Origin: Candidatus Bathyarchaeota archaeon
GTDB lineage: Archaea > Thermoproteota > Bathyarchaeia > Bathyarchaeales > Bathycorpusculaceae
Length of the DNA stretch: 64,000 nt
Assembly (NCBI GenBank): GCA_963775895.1
Contig: CAVZKL010000017.1
Coordinates: 1 to 64,000, forward strand
Direction: 5' to 3'
Part shown: positions 52,340 to 63,900 of the stretch, in pieces
How the letters are laid out: every line of letters starts with the position of its first letter
Position numbering within the stretch: position 1 is the stretch's first letter
Translations under genes and position numbers: made by a program
The notes under the pieces: generated by a model
Seen by the model: the letters and a program-made list of their open reading frames with translations, nothing else
What the model was told of the DNA's origin: nothing
Database searches by the model: none

Positions 52340-53544
52340 CTGCCCTTCAACGCGGCTTCTACGCAGTCTTCAAGTCTTCCTACCATGACATCTTTGAATC
52401 GCCTGTAGTAGGCGCATTTGGGTGAGTCGGTCATGCCCACCTTCTGCTTGTACGCGATCCAGCACGGTTCATCTATACAGGTGTCAACCACCAAACGTGC
52501 CCCCGCCTTCTCTATAATTCTCGTGTAACCAATCCTGTCAGCCAGCAATTTGGCAGTAGCAGACGTGCAGACCCAGAATGCGACGCCCTCGTGCACTCTC
52601 TTTCCTTCTAACCTTCGTGCAACATCTGCAATCTGCTTAAGAGTGTAGTGAGGACATCCCAGCTGCACGAAATCTATCTTCCCACTGGTCGTCTGAAGCT
52701 CTTCCTGAGCTTTTTTCAGGTCTCTGTCCGTGACCGTTGCCTTTTCCTTCGGTATGTCGCCGTGGAAGGCTTCTTTCACTGTTGAAGCCTCAACGGTGTA
52801 TCCAGGAATGTAAAACATCGAGATGGCCCCGCTCGTGTTTGACATGGCACAGAAGTTTATCAATTCCTCAGTGCTCGGCGCACTGGTTATCCCTGTCAAC
52901 GCAGGAATTCCGTAACCCACTATCTTCCCCACGTGGTATCCGAGAAGAGTGTAGTCGAACTCGTCTGTCAGTTTTGCTTTCACGTCAAGAAGAAACGTGG
53001 CTTTCCTGTTCTGTTTGATGAGCAATCCGTACTTTGGGACTTTCCCGATGACTCCGGCGGCAAGTGCGCTCTGGGCCGCTTCTCGGTTTGTGTACGCGCC
53101 TATTACCGAGTTCACGAAAGGGGTGGCGCTTGATTCTGAGAAGGCAACGGTTTCGCCGCGAAGGGGAATGTTTTCACACAGGTAAGGTATGCAGCTCCAG
53201 CTGATTATGGCGCCTAACTTCTTGTAGGCTTCCATCACTCTTCGGGCGACTTCAGCTTCGTCTTTTGGGATGTCTTTGAACGTTTTGTGGAAGTACTTCA
53301 AGTCGTAAACTGGGTTTGTGCTCGTGGGCACTTTGCATTTGGCGCCTCCTTCAGCAAGCAGTTCAACCCAGTACAGATCTCCTTCTTGTCCGCTCGCGGC
53401 TGCGTGCGCACGGGTTATGGGAACCATTTTTTCCGAATCGTACGCATCTCCTATCGCAACGAGCATCTCCATGGCATTCTGTGTTCCGATTCCTGATTCG
53501 CCTTTGAGTATTCTCTCCTCGTCTCTTGACAGATGCATACCCAT
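52330..53544 (-). CDS. Aconitase X large subunit, DUF521
   Basis: SCIPY, FSESSA, NSVIGA.TNRE, LGCPH, DTC, TDSPK. Confidence 0.9.
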   Translation of the reverse strand: MGMHLSRDEERILKGESGIGTQNAMEMLVAIGDAYDSEKMVPITRAHAAASGQEGDLYWVELLAEGGAKCKVPTSTNPVYDLKYFHKTFKDIPKDEAEVARRVMEAYKKLGAIISWSCIPYLCENIPLRGETVAFSESSATPFVNSVIGAYTNREAAQSALAAGVIGKVPKYGLLIKQNRKATFLLDVKAKLTDEFDYTLLGYHVGKIVGYGIPALTGITSAPSTEELINFCAMSNTSGAISMFYIPGYTVEASTVKEAFHGDIPKEKATVTDRDLKKAQEELQTTSGKIDFVQLGCPHYTLKQIADVARRLEGKRVHEGVAFWVCTSATAKLLADRIGYTRIIEKAGARLVVDTCIDEPCWIAYKQKVGMTDSPKCAYYRRFKDVMVGRLEDCVEAALKGRWR

Positions 53545-53575
53545 TCACCTTTCTAAGGTGGAAACTCCTTGCTGT

Positions 53576-54514
53576 TTAACAAGCGTTTTGCTTTTTTCCT
53601 TCTGTGAACTTCACGACGTTGTCAACGCAGATATCGGAACATCTCGCTTCCGCTTCCACCGTATTGAACGCTATGTGAGGAGAAAGCACAGTGTTTTCAA
53701 GCTTGAACAACGGGTTGTTTTTTGGCGGTGGCTCCTCTTCAAGGACGTCCAACCCTGCGGAACGCAATTTGCCTGACTTCAGCGCTTCAGCCATCGCCTT
53801 TTCGTCTATCACTCTGCCCTGCGAAGTATTGATTATGACCACGCCGTTTTTCATCAGGGCGATTTCTGCTTTTCCAATCATCCGTTCTGTCTCAGGGTTC
53901 AACGTGACGTGCACCGAGATGACGTCGCTTTGTCTGAGCAGAGTCTTCAAGTCAGCATACTTAAACCCTATTTCCTTCGCCCTCTTGAGATTAGGATACT
54001 TGTCGTAGCCGATGACCTCCATCTTCAGCGTCCGGGCTATTTCTGCCACGCGAAGTCCGATTGCTCCAGTGCCTATCAGACCCAAGGTCTTTCCTGCAAG
54101 CTCTCGTCCTTCGAAGTGTCTGTAATCAAATTCACCACTTCTGACATGTTTGTCTGCCAGTGTGATCTTTCTCACTGCTGTTAATAACAAAGCGACTGCA
54201 TACTCTGCAACCGATTCAGTTGCATAGCCTGGCACGTGAGTCACCAGAATCCCTTTTTGCCTTGCGGCTTCAAGGTCAGCGTAATGGCAAGTGGTCGCCC
54301 ATATCGCGATCATTTTCAGTTTTTTCGCAGAATCGATTACGTTCCTCGTCAGATTCGTCCAACCGACTATGACAACGTCTGCGTTAGCTATTCTCTGTTT
54401 GAGCTCATCGGTCGTCTTGGGCGCTTCCTTGAAAACTTCAAGGTCACCTAGTGATTTAAGAATCTTGATATGTTTGTCCTCTAGATGCACGTGGTCTATC
54501 ACAATTATTTTCAT
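53576..54514 (-). CDS. D-2-hydroxyacid dehydrogenase
   Basis: IGTGAIG, INTSQG, LDV..EEP, SPHIA. Confidence 0.9.
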   Translation of the reverse strand: MKIIVIDHVHLEDKHIKILKSLGDLEVFKEAPKTTDELKQRIANADVVIVGWTNLTRNVIDSAKKLKMIAIWATTCHYADLEAARQKGILVTHVPGYATESVAEYAVALLLTAVRKITLADKHVRSGEFDYRHFEGRELAGKTLGLIGTGAIGLRVAEIARTLKMEVIGYDKYPNLKRAKEIGFKYADLKTLLRQSDVISVHVTLNPETERMIGKAEIALMKNGVVIINTSQGRVIDEKAMAEALKSGKLRSAGLDVLEEEPPPKNNPLFKLENTVLSPHIAFNTVEAEARCSDICVDNVVKFTEGKKQNAC

Positions 54515-54618
54515 TTTGATTCACTTCGTTAGTGAGATGCGTGTTTACTTAAGTTTTTGCGGCTGAGCTGAATCTCGTCGCGATGCGGCGAACACGGGTG
54601 GAAAGAGAAGGTTGGTCT

Positions 54619-55314
54619 TTACCTGGCTTTTGATTGTACCTTTGACTCCATCAACGTCCACAGCCAGTCCACGAATTCTTTCAAGTTCTTGGTTTGTATG
54701 TAAATGTCCCCGGGGCCGGTGATCTGCGTCACCAAGCCTTCTCCGCCGAGCAGCGTCTCCTTCAATCCTCCGAACTTCGTGACTTTGTAGCTGCAAGTGC
54801 TGGTGAAAGCCACTAGGTGAAAGTTGTCAACGATCATCGTCTGTCCAGCTGCTAGCGTGTGTTTGTCAATTGCTCCGAAAGTGTTTATGAAGAGGCTGCC
54901 GTTTCCTGTTGCTTTGAGCATAAACAGTCCTTGACCGAAGAGTCCTTTCGTGAAGCCTTCCCATTTGACGTCCAGATCGACGTCTCCTGTCGAAGCCACG
55001 AAAGCCGACTTCTGTATCACGTAGCCTTGGTTCGGTTTGACTTCCAAGGTTTCTATGTCTCCAACGGGCGCTGCGACAAAGGCGGCTTCTCCCGATCCTT
55101 GCGAGGCTGTGTATTCGTTTACCCAGAAGGACTGCTTGCCTATTATCGATAGTCCCAGGCTGCCGAGAAGGCTCTTTTCTCTCTTGCGAGTGTGGACCTC
55201 GATGTTGGGGTCCATGTAGGTCATTGATCCTGCCTCTGCGACGATGCTTTCCCCTTGTTCCAATGTGGCGACGAGCATTGAGTAGGATGGCTTGTATTTT
55301 ATTTCGTACTTCAT
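54619..55314 (-). CDS. TIGR00266 / AIM24 family protein
   Basis: AEAGSM, VDNFHLVAF, GGEGLV, GPG.IYIQT. Confidence 0.9.
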   Translation of the reverse strand: MKYEIKYKPSYSMLVATLEQGESIVAEAGSMTYMDPNIEVHTRKREKSLLGSLGLSIIGKQSFWVNEYTASQGSGEAAFVAAPVGDIETLEVKPNQGYVIQKSAFVASTGDVDLDVKWEGFTKGLFGQGLFMLKATGNGSLFINTFGAIDKHTLAAGQTMIVDNFHLVAFTSTCSYKVTKFGGLKETLLGGEGLVTQITGPGDIYIQTKNLKEFVDWLWTLMESKVQSKAR

Positions 55315-55489
55315 GTGGTTCCCTGATTTGAGAAGTGTGTGTGAATGTTATTTTTGATTTGCGCACAAAACCGAAGGACAAGAGAAAAGGTGTGTTTGTG
55401 TCTTCGATGTGCAATTTGTTTTTCATAAGGCTTTTATATGTGATGACTTGTGGTTATGAGTAATTGTATTCAAAGACTAAGGTGCTTGC

Positions 55490-55729
55490 ATGGAGCCTAG
55501 CAAGAAGCCACTCAACGTGCTTATCAAACAATTGAACGCTGGAATCGCGGTCGTGCTCAAGAACGGCGGTGAGTATAAGGGCAAGATGGTCAAGTGCGAC
55601 GGGCACATGAACATACTCTTGGAAGGAGCGACTGAGTCCAAAGACGATCAGTTGATAACCAACTATGGAAGCGTCCTGCTGAGAGGCAACAACGTCCTCT
55701 ACATAATGCTGGACGTGCCTACAAGATAA
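55490..55729 (+). CDS. Sm-like protein (SmAP/Lsm)
   Basis: LKNG.EY.G, DGHMN, LLRGNNV. Confidence 0.92.
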   Translation: MEPSKKPLNVLIKQLNAGIAVVLKNGGEYKGKMVKCDGHMNILLEGATESKDDQLITNYGSVLLRGNNVLYIMLDVPTR

Positions 55730-56625
55730 GCGCCCTGTCCTCTCCAACAACGTATTTCAAACTTTCTTCGAGCCCAACGTGCAGTTTGTGCTTTCTTTCA
55801 AAATACTGAAGGACGTTCTGAACGTCTCGTTTCAGCATTTCTCTAGCGTTTGGATGCTCTCTTGTGACAAACTGTGGCCAGTCTATTATCAAAATGTGTT
55901 TATTCGGCTGAAGTATTATGTTGTATTCACTGAGATCTCCATGAATCACTCCTGCTTTCAAGAATGCTTTTCTAACGTTCCGCAAGATCTCTTTCAGGAT
56001 CTTCTCCGGTTTCGAGAGTCTCTTCCAGTTTGCCAGTTCAGCGCCTTCAATCATTCCCATCACTACCACGTGTCGATTCTGACTGAAGGGCTCTGGCACG
56101 GCGATTTTGAAGGGAAAAAGAAGCCTTAAGGCTTGGAACTCCCTTTCAGCAGCAAGTCGGGACTGGTAGAGCCACCCTGCACTGTGCTGAGCAGTGTAGC
56201 CTCTCTTTCGAATAGTCTGCCGAAAGCTGATCCTTCCCAGTCTGTGAAATTTGACGGCTATGCGTTCTCCCTTCGGGTTCAAAGCATCATAAGACATCTG
56301 CTTCTTTTCCCACGCCCAGAGGCTTGCCGAACGCTTCAAGCACTCCAGACTTAACTAGAGCGTTGATGGCGAGACAATCGTACCCAGCATAGTTCATCGT
56401 GTAGCCTACGTAAGAGCCGCTCATGCGGTAGATCAGACCGAGTTTGTTCAACCTGCTCAGCCTAAAATCTGTGTCCCGGTCGAGATGGAACTTCGTGAAC
56501 CTGGATATCTGTTCTTTAGGCACGTATTCGTGTTGGCTCATCAGAGTCTCGATTGCTTGAAGTACTCGAAGGTCTTCGTTTTGAAGTTCCCGATAGACCT
56601 TGACCGCAACTTCTGCTGAAGACAT
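55719..56625 (-). CDS. rio2: RIO2 kinase (frameshift near 56290)
   Basis: wHTH N-terminus, GVGKEADV, KFHRLGRISF, HGDLSEYN, IDWPQ. Confidence 0.92.
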
Positions 56626-56743
56626 GTCACACTGGATTAGAAGCATTTCAACTAATAAGTCTCATCGAAACGTATTGTCACGAATTTCGCGAGTTTGCGC
56701 AAGCCAACCTATTGTTCCAAGACGAAAATTGGATATCCGTAGA

Positions 56744-57677
56744 CTACTTGTTCTGTTCGATTGCTTCGGCGACTATTAGATAGAAAGACGCGAGTCCCTT
56801 CCACTTTCCCCATCTCTCGGAGATTTTGCGAGCCTGTTCTCCTGTTATCTTCTTATCGTTGCAGTAGAAGTGAGAGATCACTCTTCTGAGTCCCAAGTCG
56901 TCAGCGGGAATCGCTTCATACTTCTGCATGCCTCTAACTATCGTCAGTTCAGCCGTCCAAACTCCTATGCCTCTTATCTCGTCAAGTTCCTTGATGATTT
57001 TCTCGACGTCGTTGTACTGTTTGAAAGCTTCGAGGTCCAACTTTCCATCAGCAACCATTTTGGAAATATCCCTGATGTACTCGGATTTCTTTGCGGACAA
57101 ACCGCATTTTCGCAGTTCTTCAATGGATGCCTCTGCAAGCTGTTTCGGTGTCGGATAAGCGAAGTAGACTCTGGAATCCAAGCGCAAGAAGTCGCCGAAC
57201 TTTTTGATAAGATTCGTTTGCAGAACGTGGGCGACGTTTAATGAAATCTGCTGTTCGATTATTGAATCGATGAGCGCTTCGAAAACGGTAACTGCCGAGG
57301 GAACCTTGAGTCCATTCAATCTCGTGGCAATTTCAGCCAGGATTTCTTCTTTTCTGATATCTGCGTAGAAAGGTCGAAGATCAAAATTAGCGTTCTACGA
57401 GGGAGCTAGCCAATTGACTGATTCTTTGTTCATCGACATCGTTGAGGATTCCGTTTGATTGCAGCTCTAACGAGACTGTCGGCCTTGCGACCGTTCCAGA
57501 AGCCTTGATGGTAACGAGAGTTAGTTTGTCATCAGTTCTAATTACCTGCCAGAATTTTCCTCCCTCGTATCTGCGAATCTGTCTGTCTCCGTCTGAGAAA
57601 AGACTGAAACTCAGACCAAAATCAAACGGAGGCACACATTTCACGGTCAGCGTTCTAATCAAATGCTTCACTCCCAT
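56744..57677 (-). CDS. alkA: AlkA-family DNA glycosylase (frameshifts)
   Basis: PPFDF, IIEQQIS, PTP..LA, IRGIGVWTAE, PADD. Confidence 0.85.
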
Positions 57678-57785
57678 TCGAAAGATGGTTGCATAACCAT
57701 CTGATTTACACACTAAAACACTTTCTGAGTGACGAGTGCAGAAAAACATAAGTTGCGAATCAAACTGCTCTAGTTCTGGAAATTC

Positions 57786-58623
57786 ATGGACTCCGATTTC
57801 AGAATAGTCCTTCTCGGAACGGGCGGCGGCCGTTTTGTCACGATGACTCAGAAGAGACGCACCGCGGGAATCAGGATAATGGGTAAGGGTCTAAACCTCC
57901 ACCTGGACCCCGGACCGGGAGCTCTTGTACATTCAATAGAGCAAGGGTTGAACCCGCAACGTCTGAACGCTGTACTGGTTTCACACTGCCACCCTGATCA
58001 TTACACTGACGCGGAAATACTCATTGAAGCCATGACGCACGGAATGACTCGCAGACAAGGACTCTTAGCTGCGCCCAAGAGCGTCTTGGAAGGAAGTGAT
58101 GTGTGTGACGCCTCTATTTCAAAGTACCATCAACAGATGGTAGAGCGGAAGATAGAGGTTGCTCCAGGCTCAGAATTCACAATGGACAACATCAGCGTTC
58201 TGACAACGCATGCTAAACATACTGATCCCGGTGCCGTCGGTTTCAGGTTCGTGACTGCATTTGGAGATTTTGCTTACACAAGTGATTCCGAATATTACGA
58301 GGGCTATAGTCAAATATTATCAAGGCGTCCGTCTGCTCTTCCTCTGTGTCATGCGTCCTTCTGGAAAACCGTGGAAAGGGCACATGTCAACCGATGATGC
58401 AATAAGAATTCTCGACGTGGTGCGTCCTGAACTTGCCGTGATGACTCATCTTGGCATGAGTATGCTTCGACAGGGGCCTGAAAAGGAAGCTGAAAAGATT
58501 CAAGAGGTGACGGGTGTCCGGACGATTGCGGCGGTAGATGGCATGGTGCTGCTGTTCGGCGCGAGCATAGGGGTTCAAGCCCAAAGAAAACCAGACTCGA
58601 GCAATCTGACGAATTTTATGTGA
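57786..58623 (+). CDS. Metallo-beta-lactamase fold hydrolase (frameshift near 58305)
   Basis: LGTGGGR, DPGPG, SHCHPDH, YTSD, MTH. Confidence 0.88.
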
Positions 58624-58673
58624 AGGATATTTAACTAACCATCTTGTATAGCTGGTTCAAGGATGCAAGCTTC

Positions 58674-59348
58674 ATGCGTGTCGTACTCAGAATAGGCGGA
58701 TCAGTGATTGCCACGCCAATCAACCCCGAACTGATCGAGAAATACTCCGCGCTACTGATTGGCCTGAGAGGAGAAAAGCACGAGTTAGCCGTCGTCGTTG
58801 GAGGCGGCAAACTGGCAAGAGAGCTGATCTTGGTTGGCAAACAGATCGGCTTAGATGAGTCAGCGCAAGACCGCATTGCAATATCGGTTTCAAGGGTTTT
58901 TGCCCAGCTTTTTATGGAAAAACTCGGTGAGGCAGGGTGTGGAGTGATTCCGACGACCGTGGAAGAAGCTGCGGATTATTTGGCCAAAGGAAAAGTGGTG
59001 GTCATGGGAGGACTCATGCCCGGAATGACGACGGATAGTGTCGCAGCTTTGGTGGCTGAAAAAGTGAAAGCAGGATTAGTTTTGAAAGCCACCGATCAAG
59101 ACGGCGTGTACGACAAGGATCCGAAAATCTACCCTGACGCCGTGAAACTAGATCATTTGAGCTTTGATAATTTGTCGAGTGTTTTCTCGGAGGACAAGCA
59201 CAAGGCTGGTATCCATCAGATTCTGGATCCAGAAGCTATTAGAATTCTGATGCGGCACCGCGTCAAAGTCGTGGTTGTAAACGGCTTCAAGCTCGACAAC
59301 GTTTTAGCAGCTGTCAACGGGAGCGATATTGGAACTGTGATTGAATAG
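58674..59348 (+). CDS. pyrH: UMP kinase
   Basis: IGGS, VVGGG, PGMTTD, DGVYDKDP, GT. Confidence 0.92.
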   Translation: MRVVLRIGGSVIATPINPELIEKYSALLIGLRGEKHELAVVVGGGKLARELILVGKQIGLDESAQDRIAISVSRVFAQLFMEKLGEAGCGVIPTTVEEAADYLAKGKVVVMGGLMPGMTTDSVAALVAEKVKAGLVLKATDQDGVYDKDPKIYPDAVKLDHLSFDNLSSVFSEDKHKAGIHQILDPEAIRILMRHRVKVVVVNGFKLDNVLAAVNGSDIGTVIE

Positions 59349-59381
59349 GCGGGTTCACTCTTTTTGTCCGATATGTTTAAA

Positions 59382-59419
59382 TATCACCATTGATATCGAC
59401 GGCGATATCAACAGTGATA
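59382..59419 (+). promoter_or_regulatory. Inverted-repeat operator for PadR operon
   Basis: TTGATATCG-N4-CGATATCAA flanked by TATCAC/GTGATA, just after TTTAAA TATA box. Confidence 0.7.
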
Positions 59420-59423
59420 AAAA

Positions 59424-59978
59424 ATGCGCGAGCAACAAGGACATTGGATGAAACATACGGCAATGGTGCCTAAGGGGTTCATACGCTATCACGTTCTTGA
59501 GTCCCTGGCGGAGAAGCCAATGTCTGGTTCTGAGATAATGGATGATATTCAGAGGAGGGCCAATGGACGGTGGAAACCCAGTCCGGGTTCTGTCTATCCG
59601 CTCCTAGCTTTGTTGCAGGAAAATGACTACTTGAAAGAACTGCCGACAGACCAAAATGGTCTAAAAAGATACGAGCTTACAGAAAAGGGGAAGAAGTTTC
59701 TCGACGAGCAAAGAAAGATCAGAAAGCAGTTAAGAAAACAAGCGAAGTTGTTCACTCCTCCTTTTCTGGGCGCATTGTGGTTCAGAATACCTCCCGAAAA
59801 AACGGTCCATGTCAGAGACTCCATGCACAGGTTGATGTCGGCATTCTTTGAGCTCGGAGCAAGCTTGGAGGAGAAATTCTCTGAAGAAGTTCTGGAGCAG
59901 GCTCGCGAAGTTTTGGATGAAACTTCAGAAAAACTAGAAAAAATAAACAAAAAACTCAAGGTGAAGAAAAATGAGTGA
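59424..59978 (+). CDS. PadR family regulator
   Basis: PMSGSEI, WKPSPGSVYP, YELTEKG. Confidence 0.92.
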   Translation: MREQQGHWMKHTAMVPKGFIRYHVLESLAEKPMSGSEIMDDIQRRANGRWKPSPGSVYPLLALLQENDYLKELPTDQNGLKRYELTEKGKKFLDEQRKIRKQLRKQAKLFTPPFLGALWFRIPPEKTVHVRDSMHRLMSAFFELGASLEEKFSEEVLEQAREVLDETSEKLEKINKKLKVKKNE

Positions 59979-60973
59979 AGATATAATAAAAGCTGAAGGA
60001 CTGACAAAAGTCTTCAACAGTCACCTGGTGGCTGTTGACCACGTCAACTTCAGCGTTAAACATGGTGAAATATTCGGTTTTCTGGGCCCCAACGGCGCCG
60101 GCAAAACGACTACGATCAACATGCTGATTACTATCCTGAAACCAACCGAAGGCAAAGCTTCTGTCCTGGGTTTTGACATATCAAAACAGAACATCGAAGT
60201 CAGAAACGTCATCGGGGTGGTCCCGCAGGAATACACTGCTGACGAAGACTTGACAGCTACGGAGAACATCCTCTTGTGCGCTGATTTGTACGGTATTCCG
60301 CGCAATGTCGCGAAAGACCGTGCAATGGATCTGTTGAAGTTAGTTGAACTGACCGAATTCAAGGACAAAAGGGTCCAGACATTTTCAGGCGGAATGCGTC
60401 GTCGACTTGAACTTGCGTGTGGTCTGATCAACAGGCCGAAGATGCTTTTCCTGGACGAACCCACGCTGGGTCTTGACGTACAGACTAGGACTGCAACTTG
60501 GAACTACATTAGAAAGCTGAAGAACGAGTATGGAATGACTCTGTTCATGACAACCCATTATCTTGAAGAAGCTGACGCGCTCTGCGATCGCATTGCAATA
60601 ATCGATCACGGGAAAATAGTTGTCGTAGGTCCTCCGGAAGAACTGAAGCACAACCTCGGCGGCGATTTGATAACCCTTTCAATTAAGGAAAATGAAGACG
60701 TGAGCGAATTGATCAAGAAAGTTGAAAACGTCAAAGAGGTCCGCAAAGAAAATGGATCCTATCGCATCAAAGCCGAACTTGGCGAAATAACCACACCTTT
60801 CATAATTGAATCTCTGCGGAAGAAAGGCTACAGTGTAACGAAGCTTTCTCTTGACGGAGCCTACTCTGAACGAAGTTTACCTCGAATACACGGGCAAGTC
60901 TATGCGCGACGCGGAAGAGTCTAGAGAAGCCTTTGCTTCGCAAAGAATGACTATGAGGAGGGCTCGACAGTGA
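59971..60973 (+). CDS. DrrA-type ABC-2 ATPase (frameshift near 60855)
   Basis: GPNGAGKT, FSGGM, LDEPT, TTHY. Confidence 0.92.
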
Positions 60974-61890
60974 GCGAAACAAACGGCAATTCAAAGAACA
61001 AAATGCACGGTCTCTGGGCCTTGACGAACAGAGAGCTCAAGAAATGGTACAAAGCCCCCGTAATATTCATACTCTCTATAATTCAGCCGATTCTTTGGAT
61101 GGGTCTGCTCGGAAAAGCTATGAACATCGGTGCTATTTTCTCAAGCGGTTCACTGGAGCAACTAATGAGCAAATTAGTTTTGACCCCACCTCTGACCCAA
61201 ACGCAAACTCAACAATTCGGTGTGTTCTTTCAAGGTCTGCAGACAAGTATCATCCAGAATACGTTCCATACGAGTGATTACTTTTCCTTTATGGCTGTTG
61301 GTATGATTGCCTTCACAGCCCTCTTCACAACGGCATTCAGCGGCATGTCAGTGGTTTGGGACAGACGCTTAGGCTTCCTGAACAAGGCTCTTAGTACACC
61401 CGTGTCAAGAGGGGTCATAATTTTCTCCAAAGTTCTTTCTGCAACTCTGCGGTCGATGTTCCAAGCAGGCGTAATAATACTCATCGCCATTGCATTCGGT
61501 CTTCAATTTGGAGCCAGTTTCAATCCGGTCTACGTACTCGGCGTATTCGCAATTCTGTTCCTAATCTGCGTCGGTTTGTCTTCAATGTTCATCGCGATTA
61601 CAATTAGATCGACAAGGATAGAAACTCCGATGGCCGTTATGAACCTGGTAACCTTGCCTCTGATGTTTGCCAGCAATGCGTTCTTCCCGACCAGCATAAT
61701 GCCTTCCTGGCTTCAGACAGTTGCACAGGTTAACCCTATGACGTACACTACAGAAGCAGTGAGAGAGCTCTTGATATACAACACTACTGATTTCGTGGTG
61801 GTTGCGAAGGACTTCGCGTTCGTAGGAGTGTTTGCGGTGATAGTCGCAATGATTGGCATACTGCTCTCGTGGAGATTTCTGAACAAATAG
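60970..61890 (+). CDS. ABC-2 permease
   Basis: WDRRLGFL, SNAFFP, NPMTY. Confidence 0.9.
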   Translation: MSETNGNSKNKMHGLWALTNRELKKWYKAPVIFILSIIQPILWMGLLGKAMNIGAIFSSGSLEQLMSKLVLTPPLTQTQTQQFGVFFQGLQTSIIQNTFHTSDYFSFMAVGMIAFTALFTTAFSGMSVVWDRRLGFLNKALSTPVSRGVIIFSKVLSATLRSMFQAGVIILIAIAFGLQFGASFNPVYVLGVFAILFLICVGLSSMFIAITIRSTRIETPMAVMNLVTLPLMFASNAFFPTSIMPSWLQTVAQVNPMTYTTEAVRELLIYNTTDFVVVAKDFAFVGVFAVIVAMIGILLSWRFLNK

Positions 61891-61915
61891 GCAGGCAGCG
61901 AACAAAACAAAGCGG

Positions 61916-62608
61916 GTGATCTATTTGCCAACGATTGTTGAAGCGGTGAATCTTCAGAAGACGTACTTGCTCGGAAAAGTCCCTGTCAACGCACTTCGAG
62001 GCGTCAACCTGAAAGTTGAGGATGGCGATTTCCTTGCCATCCTAGGCCCATCTGGAAGCGGCAAATCGACATTGCTTAACCTGATCGGAGCTCTGGATAA
62101 GCCAACTTCGGGGAAAATGATCATAGAGGGCGTTGACATCTCAACACTTAATGACAATCAACTGACAGACCTCCGACGTCGAGTCGGTTTCGTTTTCCAG
62201 TTTTTCAATCTCATTCCACGCTTTTCAGCGAGAGAAAACGTTGAACTCTCATTATCGATATCAGACATAAGTAGATCTGAAAGAAGAAAAAGAGCAGAAG
62301 ACCTTCTTGCAACCGTAGGCTTGAAAGACCGAATGGCTCATAAGCCCGCCGAACTGAGCGGCGGCGAACAACAACGCGTTGCCATTGCGAGAGCCTTGGC
62401 AAACAATCCTCGATTTCTACTGATGGATGAACCCACCGGGAACATAGACTCCAAGACCGCGAATGAAATCATTGGACTGATCAAGGTTCTAAATGAAGAG
62501 AAGCACGTTACAGCAATCATGGTTACTCATGATCAGCGTTTGGCCGCTCAGTCAAAGAAGACAGTGCTGATGCTTGACGGTTTAATCGTTCAAGAAACGG
62601 TGAACTGA
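61916..62608 (+). CDS. LolD/MacB-type ABC ATPase
   Basis: GPSGSGKS, FVFQFFNL, LSGGEQQR, DEPTGN. Confidence 0.92.
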   Translation: MIYLPTIVEAVNLQKTYLLGKVPVNALRGVNLKVEDGDFLAILGPSGSGKSTLLNLIGALDKPTSGKMIIEGVDISTLNDNQLTDLRRRVGFVFQFFNLIPRFSARENVELSLSISDISRSERRKRAEDLLATVGLKDRMAHKPAELSGGEQQRVAIARALANNPRFLLMDEPTGNIDSKTANEIIGLIKVLNEEKHVTAIMVTHDQRLAAQSKKTVLMLDGLIVQETVN

Positions 62609-62609
62609 C

Positions 62610-63900
62610 ATGAAAGCCCGAGACATTCTTTCCTATTCATTCAGCGCAATAAGACTGAGAAAACTTCGCGCAGGCTTAACGACCTTAGGCGTGGTGATCG
62701 GCATAGCCGCAATCGTCGCCCTTCTCTCAATCAGTCAAGGACTGCAAAGCACCATAACGGCGCAACTTCAAAGAGGATTCGCAACCGACACGTTGATTGT
62801 CACCGCAGGGGAGGAGGCTTAGGCGTCGGAGGAGGTCTAGGCGGGGGCGGAGACACTGGTTTCAAGTTGTTCGTCAGCGACGCGCAGACAATCAGAGGAT
62901 TGCAGAACGTTGACATAGCCGTAGCGGTAATTGAAAGAGTTGGCAACGTCACGGTCGGCGGAAAAAACGAGCTCGTCACGATAGTTGGCGTTGATTTTGC
63001 TCAGTATAGCCAAATTTACGGTGACACTTTTGTAGCTGACAGGGGAACGATTCCCGCAAACCCTGATAATAATACAGTTGTGGTGGGAAAGCGCGTCGTT
63101 GACCCTAGACTGAATGGGACAACGCTCGCAGATGCGAACGATCCGATCGTCATAACCTGGATTAACGCGACCGCACGTCCACCCACAACTGTGACTCTAG
63201 ATAGGAACATTACTAGTATTCTTAAGCAGATAGGGTCTTTCGGCGTGGGAGGTCCATCAGATTCTGGCGTTTACATTCCGATCAACCAAGCTGAAACGCT
63301 TTTTGGGACGAATGAATGTGACACGATAATTGTGAAGTTGAAAAGCAGTGATCAAACGGTCATCGATGACACGTCCAAATCCATCAAGGACGCCTTCAAT
63401 GGTGAAGTATCAGTGCTGTCTGCCACGGCAGTCCTTAACATTATTTCCAGCATTTTCTCCGTCATAACGCTCTTCTTGGGCGGCATTGCTGCAATTTCGC
63501 TCATCGTGGCCGGCGTGGGCATAATGAACATCATGATAGTCTCGTTAATGGAACGCACAAGAGAGATAGGCATTCTCAAGGCTTTGGGAACGAAGAGTCG
63601 AACCGTCCTCCTGATTTTCCTCAGCGAAGCAGTGATCATCGGTTTCTTGGGCGGCGCAATAGGCGTGGGATTAGGCTGGGTTCTAGCAAACGTCGTTGCA
63701 GTAATCTTCAGGGGAAACGGAGGCATCATGGGAAACCAGACAGCCAGAGGAGGACAGGAATGACGATAACCCCAATCCTAACACCAACGGTGCTCTTTGG
63801 CGCCATAGCCTTTGGCATAGGCGTCAGCGTAGTCTTTGCGCTTTATCCAGCTTGGCGAGCCTCGAAACTCAAACCTGTGGACGCGTTGAGGTACGAATAA
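62610..63900 (+). CDS. MacB/FtsX-type ABC permease (frameshifts near 62815 and 63750)
   Basis: LTTLGVVIG, GIMNIM, ERTREIG, YPAWRAS.L.PVDALRYE. Confidence 0.9.

Noticed and set aside
400-63800. About 25 frameshifted genes as programmed frameshifting or mass pseudogenisation
   Set aside because: Single-base indels are scattered evenly, hit normally essential genes (rio2, fwdA), share no slippery motif and show no other decay; long-read error is simpler
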